Source: Felis catus (Eukaryota). From it: 64,000 nucleotides of DNA. Shown piece after piece: positions 54,440 to 64,000 of this stretch. Under the pieces are notes generated by a model that was given only the letters and a program-made list of their open reading frames with translations, made no database searches and was not told the origin of the DNA. The stretch is from NCBI RefSeq assembly GCF_018350175.1, contig NC_058368.1:35838001-35902000 (forward strand). Reading direction: 5' to 3'. Within the stretch, counting starts at the first letter, position 1; each line of letters starts with the position of its first letter. Both the position numbers and the translations under genes were made by a program.

Positions 54440-55410
54440 TGATAAATGTGGCATTTCAAATCAGTACAGATAATGTTCAACAACTACTATGGTGACATTA
54501 TTTTATTTGGATTCCACTCTGTTACTTACACCAACATAAATTCCAAGTAGATGAAACATTTCAACATTAAAAAATTAAACTGCAAACGTACAGCAGACAG
54601 TATGTAAAAGTTTTCATTAGTTCTGGAATGAGAAGATCTTCTTATGAAACATCTAAATACCCAAATGTCATACAGATTTTACTACACTAAATGTCTGCAA
54701 ACGGAAAGAATAATGAGAACAGAGTCAACATGAACAATAAAAGGAGAAACTAGAAAAAAAAATTGAAACACAGGTATTCCCTAAGACTAATTTTCTTGAA
54801 ATAATGAACATTGTGACTCAGGGGGAAAAAAATCAATAAAAAAACCATCAAAAAACAGGCAAATTATATGTTCAGGAAACCCATCTTAAAAATAAATAAG
54901 GCTTTTATACAGAGAATATAATACTCAAACTCATTCATAATTAAAGATATTCCAAATACATCAGTGAAAGATCATCTTTCACTTATCAGCGTAGCAATAA
55001 AAAATAAGGATAATTGGTATAGGCTGGAAAATAGGTCACTCCACACACTGTTGGTAGAAATATAAAGCTAATACAATCTCTTCAGAATGCAACTTAGACT
55101 CTATCAGAAATAAAATTGTACATCCCATTTCATGAAATATTTTCTAAGAAAATTATCCTACTTATAACTCACATGTGTGCAAAAGCACGTGCACAAGGAT
55201 GTTCGTTATAACATTGTTTATAATAACAGGAGATTGGAAACAACCTAAATGCCCATCAGCAAGGGAGAGTCTAAGCTATAACAGTAAGAGACAGACTAAA
55301 TAAACACTGACATTCACATGTTAACATATACAGAGATGTAAAAAAATAAGGAGGCATATTTCAATTGTTCATATGGACTATCTCCAAAACATAAGTGAAA
55401 AAAGTCAATC
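54440..55410 (+). mobile_element. Old L1 (L1ME-like) ORF2 3' fragment
   Basis: gcatttcaaatcagt, cacactgttggtagaaatataaa, ttggaaacaacctaaatgcccatcagcaaggg. Confidence 0.75.
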
Positions 55411-58400
55411 ACTTATTTTATCAATAAGGACACTGGATAAAGACCTTTCTATGACCGCTCAGAGATATTAGCTATAAGGCAGAGGATATTTTTGGACTTC
55501 TTGCTTAGCCATTAGTCTACCACATGGTGCTCAAAAAGGCATGAATCATCCTTCCAGTATTAAAATGTTTGTTAAAATGTCTCCCATGTAAGTATTCAAA
55601 CGCCCAACTCTGATTAGCTTGTTCACAGTGACCTATTCTAACAATTGCTAAAGAAAGCACAATATAAAATCCAGCGTTAACTCTGGTTAAAAACAAAACA
55701 TTGCCAAAATTGTCCTTGTGTATTACATAGGGACTAGGATGCTGAGCAGATGCCCTCAGTTGTAAAAGCATAGAATGTGAGGGGAAAGATAATGTATCTA
55801 TTTAAATATATATGTAGATGTAAAATGGTAATGGCATTTAACAAGATGTGACTCACACACAGTGAATACCCATGACCCTTTAATCACACAGTAACCCAGA
55901 CAGGAAAAGGTTAATTACATGGCATAACATCACTGTTTTTGAGAAGAAGCTTCACTTGTTACCCATAAGAGCGTCATTTTACTCTGAGCAATAAGTGTGA
56001 CAGTGTTTAAGCTTGGCAAGTGCTTAGTTCCCGTTGAAAATCTACTAGGATACATTTGAGACTTGTTTCAATATTTTCTTATATTAATGAGAAATTTTGA
56101 AAAATATTTTTCAATGGCTTTGTTTCTCATAAAGTTTTGAACAAAGAGTGGAATGATTTCAGATAGAGAAAATGAAAATGTTAATTCAATGCCATGAATC
56201 AAAAAAAAAGGGGGGGGGAAGGGAAACTAGGGGACAGGAGTAATTTCACAGGAATTTCTTTCAGGAGAAGCTGGGATAAATGGACTCGAGGCCATGAGGG
56301 GCCACTCTCAATGAGTGCACCTGGCTGCTGAGTGGTGCCCAGAGGGGCCCCAACAGTCAAGTGCTGACAGCAACATATGGTGTGCAGTGGAAGAGGAGGG
56401 AAAAAGGTCGGGAAGAGGGGCCCAGGGAGCTGGGATTCAAGGCTGAGGAACTGCCATAGAATGGTTTTGAAAGGTGTGAAATAATCAAAATTGTACTTCA
56501 GCATGATTAAAGCTGGCATAGTGTGAAGGTGTCAAGCCTGGGTGACTGGGAAATTGGTGGTATCATGAACCCAGAATGAGAACATGAAAATCAGGTTTTA
56601 TGTGGAACGTGGTAAGTTGGTTTTAGAAGAATTGATTTTGAGGGGCTGGCAGAATAGTCAAACTGCTCTCTCCAAGAAGTAGCTGGAAATAAACAACTAT
56701 AAAATCTGTAGTTCAAATCAATCCTACACGTATGCACTAAGGAATATGTGGCAGCCACTGAATCCAGCCCCAGCCCTTGTTCTCACGGGACTTACAGTCT
56801 AAGGGCAATTTCAACACAAAATTTGTGACTACCTGTATGTTAAATATTCCAAGACAGAAAACAGAGTGCTATGACATTGCTTAATGTAGGAGGTACAGCT
56901 ATGACTGCCCAGTGGCGACTGCAGGGGTTATTCTTTGATACCTGTAAATACACACTTAGATTGCTGAAGACAGTTTTTCAATGCATTTTAAAGGACCCTA
57001 TGGATAACACCATAAACAATGGAAATTTGTATATCGGCATTTTGAGTGCCAAGAATGTTCTTAAATGCCAACTTTAAGAACTGCTGACAACTTTGCCCAG
57101 AGTAGTTTACTTGATTCAAGTTCTAAGTTAATTTCTGATATAAATCTGTGGCTCAAAGTATTGTTTTTTCACTTCATTTCAAAGGAGAAATACTGATTTA
57201 TTCTGCACAAATTTGGTATTCCTTTCCCACCCCTTCCCCAATCAGATGCAGAAGCGTGGCATTAATATTACATACTGAAGAAATGTAAAAATCCTACTCA
57301 GAGTAACAGCCATGTATTTTTCAGAGAAAGGACGTCAGCAAAGACAATAGGCAACTCTGAATGAGAGGAAACTGGGGAAGAAAGGAATTGACATATGCTT
57401 CCGGAGAAAGCAAATAACACAGAAAAGAAATGAAAATGGGAAACAACTGAACTCTCGATGAACTCATTATCAATTGCAAAGAAACTGGAGGCAAAAATGT
57501 GCTAAACTCTTTGATGAGAACAATGGAAGATTTTCCTCTCGACTACAAAAAACTGACAAAATGAATACAGAAGACTCCAAATAAAACCCGATATTAGGTA
57601 TGTTTGAGTTAGAAGAGAGTGCATGAGAAAAAGAAAAGAATCTAAATATGAATCAAGATAATCGAGGAACCGTCACTTTGAGTGAATGCCTGTGCAGAGC
57701 ATTTCCCTAAATTTTCTAATTCTTACTCCAACCCTGCAAAGGAACTATTATCAGATCCATTGTTTAAAGCCAGGGAAACTGAAGCTCCAGGAGGTGAAGT
57801 AATGTTCCCAAAGTCTTCTAATGGGTAGGTAACACAGGGGAGGTACAAACCAGTTCTTTCAGATTCTTTCCATCATGCACTTTTCTCTATACAGAGGTGT
57901 TGCATGATAACTGAGAAGTACTTAGATCCTCAGCTTTGCTGAGTTGTACTTAGAGGTGTTTTAGGAAATGCCTCAAGGTACAAAAAGACAGTGGCTTTTG
58001 TAGCTGGTAACTCAACCAACAAGCACAGATTAGGTTTCTCCCCAAGTCACTGGGAACCTGTTGACTTTCTCCAGAACCTGGCAATAAATGAGATGCAGGT
58101 CACAGAAGATTCCTTCCTCACAGAGAAAGGCCAGAGACATCTTCCTTTCGCTAGGACCAGGAGTATCAGGAAATACCAGAATCAGCCTAGTCTGCTTGTG
58201 GCTTCATGGGCTCTCCCTACAACCCATTCAGTGGGTAACTGCTATAGTTGGTCTAAAACCTTGAGGCCAGCTAAACCGCTGTCATTCTTGGTCACCAGTG
58301 ACCCAAATTTAAGTTCTTCCCGGTCTTTACTTCCTCAATATTTATTAGCAAAAACAAGTTTTCTACTATCTCAAGGTCTGCAGTGAACATTCTTATCACC

Positions 58401-58689
58401 TCTACCTGGAAACTGGGCAGATGATCTTCACTGCTTCCTCCTACTAGATGTAGCTCATCCTCTCACACATTACACGAGTGTGGGAGTATAGGTAGGGGAA
58501 AGGGGAGTACCTGTTTTCTCCCTAATCTTTACTGCTACATCAGAGTATCAATTCTTGATGTAAAAGAACACTTTGAGAAACATGTCATTTTGTTATACAA
58601 CTGCCATCCCTCTGGGTTTGTGTCACCTAATTGTGCACTAGTCTGCCTTCTGTTCAAGACAGACTTGGTCATTGGATTCAGTCTTCCTT

Positions 58690-60320
58690 TAGCAGCCAAG
58701 TCCTGCCATCATCCTGCATGAATTCAACCCCATGTGAACAACTAATCTAACAGCAAATGAGTTCCTTGACTCCCTCATCTCCAGAGACAAATCCTTTCTC
58801 TTTAATGGTCCATTACCCATTCTCACAACCATAACGGAACTTTGCCACCACCCACAACTATTTTATTAATAATAACTTAAATTCATATAAACTGTTCTGA
58901 CTCCTGTTCTTCTTATATTCTCTCTCTCTCTCTCTCTCCCTCTCCCTAGTTCTATCACCTATCCCTGGAAATCTCCAATGCCCTGGCCCCACTGTCTTCA
59001 TTCTTTGTTTGTCTGCTAATACTCCATGGTTCATTGATTTGACCATGGTTCACCAGCCAGTATCTTCCTTCCTTCCTCCACTGGTGTACTTTTTCAGACT
59101 CCTGGTAAAACATAAATGAGCCTAAAATTCCATCTTCTTTAAACTATATACCAGCTGCTGAGTAATCATGGTGAAAAATAGTACTGCAGGATCAGGGCCA
59201 GTACATAATCACAGTTGCCAATCTCAACTGAATTTTTAATGCCATCCAACACTCCTATGTTTCAGCAGGAGGCTCTCACTCCCACTCCCTGATAGGGGTT
59301 GTTTCAATGCTTCCACACTTTCTTCAAGCCTCTCAAGCAACCACTGCCCCTCCTCAGTAGAAGACCTCCTCTATTTCAGATATAAAATAGAAACCACTTG
59401 ACAAAAATACCCTTAATTTCCTAACATCAAATCTACAAATGTATCTACACCTGGACCCAGACTTTCCTCCTTCCCACCCATCACAATAGCAGACAGAGCA
59501 TGTAGCTTTCCAAGACAATTTCCTCCATCTGCACTGTTACCTTATCCTCTGCACTCTGTCCTGCTACACTCAGGACCTTCTTCTATTGAGTATAATTTCC
59601 AACCTCCCTTCCTTTCTCATTCCCTCAACTGCATTCAAACAAATTTAAACACCTGCTTTGCCCTCTCTTGACCCCAAATCCCCTCTTGTTACCACCCTTT
59701 TTACAACTCAGTCTCACTTCCCATATTCACTTATCAACCCTCTACCCTCTCCTTTGAGCTGAAGTCAAAGGGACAATTGTCATTCTCTTTATTATATGAC
59801 CTCTTAGCAGCATTTGACAATGTGGACTACCTCTTCTCCTTTGAAATGATCTATTCACTGGGGTCTATGATACCAGAATTTTTGTTCCCTACAACTTCAT
59901 GGTGATTCCTTCTCAAGCTCTTTTCCAGACTCCTCTTCCTCAGTCCACCCTGAAACCATTCCTCACATTCTCCATCAGCAATTTATTAAATCCCATAGCT
60001 TTGTATATTAAGAATTCCAAGGTTTTATCAACAGTACAGACTCTAGTCCTGAGACCCAACTACAGCAAACAAAAATCCACATTTGCCAGTGACTAAAGGG
60101 GTTTCCTGGAACAAAGGACTTGCAGTGCTAAAACTGGGAAAGTCTCAGGCAAATTAGCTTGAATGACCCTCACTCTCCCTAGTCACACAGACAAGGAAAC
60201 TCATGCATTTTACAGATATCTCAAAGGTAATGCCCATAAAATGGAATTCATCACCATTTTCCCCAAACTTCCACGTCCTCCTGGATTTCTTATCTCAGTG
60301 ACCAATACCACCCTATTCAA
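58690..60320 (+). mobile_element. L2 LINE ORF2 remnant
   Basis: PAIILHEFNPHV resembles the endonuclease motif IILGDFNxHV. DLLAAFDNVDY at 59798 resembles the RT motif DLSAAFDTVDH. Pyrimidine-rich plus strand typical of L2. Confidence 0.75.
60070..60170. mobile_element. MER94-like hAT-Blackjack MITE remnant
   Basis: ggacttgcagtgctaaaactgggaaagtctcaggcaaa ... tgaccct. Confidence 0.6.
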
Positions 60321-61646
60321 ACAGAGGAAACTGTCGAAGGCAAATATGTATAGAAGAATCTCTTTATCTCAAAGGACTAAATTCCCAATCCCAACAGGAT
60401 TCTTATATAACCTGTCAGTACTTACAAATCCTCTCCAATGAAAAATACTAATCACTAGTCAATCACTTATCTGAAAAGTTACATGTCTACTGGTGAACTC
60501 CAGTAAGGCAAGATTTCTTTTTTTCGGTGCCACATTCTTCCACATTCAAGTTCTTGACACTAATTTTGGTCACCATCAAATCTATTATACAATCTCTTCT
60601 TTAAACACTTTGTAATATTCCCAAAGTCCAGTCATAGAATTATTAATTATCCTCTCCAGTAGGCTGAAGTAAAAAATATTCCTCCAGTAAGGAAACTCTG
60701 GAAAACAACTGTATTAACTTATGAATGCCTCAGCCTGAAGACAGTAATGCATTCTGTATACCAGGAAACAAAATGGTCACCCTTCACAGTTCATTCTGTG
60801 GACTCTGTTATCTCCATATGGCTCCTGGCTCTGGGCGAGCTCTATCAAATACCGCTTTTAAACTTGCTTGGACAAGTGAAATACACCCAGTGCACAAGAA
60901 AGAATAAATGAAAGTTTTAGATTAAGAACCTGCAAAAGAAGTGCAAGACCCAAGACTCTTCAGGCTGAAGGAAATAAGGCAAAGAAATAAATTCACAGTG
61001 TGTGGGTTATTATATGTATATGTCTTCATCTTCATTCAGCAGCGAACAGTAGATAGGCTGACATTTTAATGAAAAATTGAGACTAAATTACAGAAGGATT
61101 TATATGGGAAGAAATGATTGTTAACACAGGACACAAAGTGCCAATGGAAATGGTAGTTTTGTTTTGTTTTGTTTTGTTTTCCTTTATCTCAAATTTAAGG
61201 AGATATTCTCTTCTGGTCCAGGGAGTTCAGGTAGTTACTAGACATAAAGCTACAAGCACATATGAACAATTCTCCATTGCTTAATATATTTATCTAAGTT
61301 TGTGGGTCCTATTTTCATCCTACTGCCAGCCATCTTGTGACCACATTTGTACCTATTAGTGTTTCTACCACTGGGTATGTGCATCAATAAGAGAAGTTAA
61401 AATTACATTAGTTAATTTGCTACTTCATTAACAGCTTGGTAAGAAGTCCAAAGAGAAAGGAGATTGAAACTAGCTAAAATGAGTGGTTTGTATTATAAGT
61501 GAATCTAAATTATCTATGCCCCCTATTTCTGCGGATAACTGAGAGTCAGCTGTGCACACATCTGTGGATGTTTATAAACATCTACCATCTGTGAGAAGCT
61601 TATGGGTTGTAAATGGTGGGCTAATTAGTTGAAATGTTAGTCATTC

Positions 61647-61730
61647 CTAATGACAGTTGTTATGGATAAAGGTTTTACCCAGGTTAAACTGATCTCAGAA
61701 CCCTGTTGATCACTGGAGGCCACTCTACCT
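61647..61730 (+). repeat. 84-bp direct repeat, copy 1
   Basis: ctaatgacagttg...ccactctacct. 81 of 84 bases identical to 63008-63091. Confidence 0.95.
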
Positions 61731-62391
61731 TTTATTACAAGACTAAGGAGCCACACTATGTTGTATAAGTCACCCATTAAAGATGCATTATAACTAGATC
61801 AGGCTGCTAGTTTATGCATGTTAATGAGCTCTGCTCTTAATAGACTGAAGTGCTGATTGAGTATTTGTCAGGGAAAATGAGAAGTTGTCAGTCTGTAAAA
61901 AGGTCAGCCAATTCTGTAATATATAACATTTTCATTTCTGTTCTACATACATAACTAAACACATTCCATTCAGAAAATCAGGAAAGCATGGATAGCAAAC
62001 TAGTAATTGACACAAGAGATAATTCATGAATGAAAAGGTTTGCCCTTATACATACCTGCATACATATGCATTTTCCTAAGTTCCCCAAATTAGTAACTTT
62101 TTCTAAACCCACGTCTCCCCTTCACTGATCAAAGTGTGGGGAAAACATTCTAAACAGATTCACTTTCAAATAAAATTGTCCTTTAACCAAATGGAAAGCA
62201 AAACAAAACAAAAAACATACTGCATGGGGAGACAGACTCATATTTATTGCCAAATGACAAGTGTCTTATGATAGAGTTTGTATTCTAATAGAGGATAGTG
62301 TTGTAGAACGAGTGGAGGGTCTACACAAATTTTGACTGCTCAGGCTATAATACATCAGGGTTTTAATTTAAAAATTAACTTACGGAATACA

Positions 62392-62594
62392 GGGGCACCT
62401 GGGTGGCTCAGCCGGTTAAGCATCTTTGGCTCAGGTCACGATCTCACAGTTCGTGAGTTTGAGTCCTCACACTGGGTGAGCTTGAGCCCCTCTTCGGTGA
62501 AGGCGAGTCCAGCTACAGTAAAACATGAGCCCTGCTTCGGGTGAGCCCTGTCTCTCTCTCTCTCTGCCCCTCGCTCATTTGTGCCCTCTTTCTC

Positions 62595-62633
<39 letters not shown>

Positions 62634-62643
62634 ATGACAAAAT
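62392..62643 (+). mobile_element. CanSINE with atypical internal repeats and (TAAA)n tail
   Basis: Normal head, then repeated GAG(C/T)CC units. Degenerate TSD aaaattaactta(cgg/tga)aata. Confidence 0.88.
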
Positions 62644-63007
62644 AAAATTAACTTATGAAATATAGAAGGAATTTTCAGGGTTAGAAGGAACCTTCTTTGA
62701 TGGACAAGGAGACTTATATTCTGGGAAGCAAACTGGTCTACTTCCTATCACTTAGCTACTGGTGAAGCCAGGTCTAGGATACCGGTTGCCCCAAACTCTG
62801 GGCTAGAATGCTCAACACTATGAAAGTGCTTGCGTTCTAAGAGAACAACAACACTGTCCATACGATCAAGAACTTTGGCAAGGGGGAAAAAAACTGCCCT
62901 ATCTAAAATGTCACTTTTTGTATCCTTCCTACCCCCCATCCCTGCCGTATTTTATTCTCAGAATTTACTGACCTCGGACACTGTTCATTTATCTTAAATA
63001 TGTCTAT

Positions 63008-63091
63008 CTAATGACAGTTGTTATGGATAAAGGTCTCACCCAGGTTAAATTGATCTCAGAACCCTGTTGATCACTGGAGGCCACTCTACCT
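63008..63091 (+). repeat. 84-bp direct repeat, copy 2
   Basis: Matches 61647-61730 with 3 substitutions. Confidence 0.95.
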
Positions 63092-63206
63092 GTCCTCTCT
63101 TACAGGATCCACCAGGGCAGGGATATTTACTTGTTTTGTTTCCTGCTCTATCCCAGGACCTCGGAAAGTACCATAACATAATACATGCTCAATAAATATT
63201 TGTTGG
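63092..63206 (+). mobile_element. L2 3' end remnant
   Basis: agggcagggatatttacttgttttgtttcctgctctatccc ... tgctcaataaatatttgttg. Confidence 0.7.
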
Positions 63207-63802
63207 AGAAAACATTTTGATAGGAAGAAATTTTTTTTCGCCTTTACAGTAATAGTTCTATATGAAGGAGGTACTTAAAACCACAAGAGCAAATCACACA
63301 AGGAGCCTTGGGAATGTCTTTTGGAAAGCTAGGTAAAGTGTGATTAATGATTTAAAAAAAATCATAAAATACAGACTAAAACAACATCACATAGGACATA
63401 AAAATGAATGTGAAAGCAAACTTCAATAATGAGAATCCTAGAGTCTTGAAACTGAATCCCTGAGCTGATTTTGGCTGAAGAGGAAGGAGTGGGACTGACC
63501 CTCTTTCCTTTGTAGGAATAACAGGATTGTTCTCTGTTCTACCTTACACGCGTCCCAAGCCTCAGTCAGCCTCTCCCAGAGAGGCCCATCCCCAGTTTAT
63601 CCTCACGAACTAACATGACTTGTTTTCAAACGTTCTTGGTTGGTATAGCTACAAAAAGATACCTAAACCATTTTTGTTAACAGAGAAGTTTGTCTCTGCC
63701 TCTAGGAAAGAAGTTAGCATTCATGTGTGTTTCACATCCTATGCCATACCCTTTCAGGTGAAATTACACCCCAGATAAAAAGGCTTTTAAATTAGAGACG
63801 TA

Positions 63803-64000
63803 GGGGCGCCTGGGTGGCTCCGTCGGTTGGGCGTCCGACTTAAGCTCAGGTATGATCTCATGGCTTGTGAATTCGTGAGTTTGAGTTCCGCGTTGGGCTC
63901 TGTGCTGACAGCTCAGAGCCTGGAGCCTGCTTTGGATTCTGTGTCTCTGTCTCTCTCTGCCTCCTACCCCTGCCCGCCACCAATGCTTATGCTGTCTCTT
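63803..64000 (+). mobile_element. CanSINE, cut by the window end
   Basis: ggggcgcctgggtggctc head and gctcagagcctggagcctgc body. Confidence 0.92.

Noticed and set aside
61647..63091. 84-bp direct repeats as LTRs of a small retroelement (TRIM-like)
   Set aside because: No TG...CA ends, primer-binding site, polypurine tract or TSD, and the interior is ordinary intron with a SINE.

Overview
Mammalian, almost certainly felid, genomic DNA: AT-rich and carrying about 20 cat-type tRNA-derived CanSINEs. The window lies inside the formin gene DIAPH3 (mDia2) on the minus strand. Only two short coding exons are visible: the 96-bp DAD exon (41782-41877) and the next 60-bp exon (41228-41287). The rest is intron filled with SINEs, L1, L2, MIR, CR1, HAL1, LTR and hAT fossils. 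I found no prokaryote-style system, CRISPR array or intact long ORF. Best leads: (1) a splice donor that overlaps an AATAAA signal and reads through to an in-frame stop, suggesting a short C-terminal isoform; (2) a near-perfect 84-bp copy of unique sequence pasted 1.36 kb away; (3) an antisense solo LTR with a canonical NF-kB site; (4) a PBX-HOX/MEIS motif cluster. Repeat family names come from recognition, not a database search, and boundaries of old repeats are approximate.
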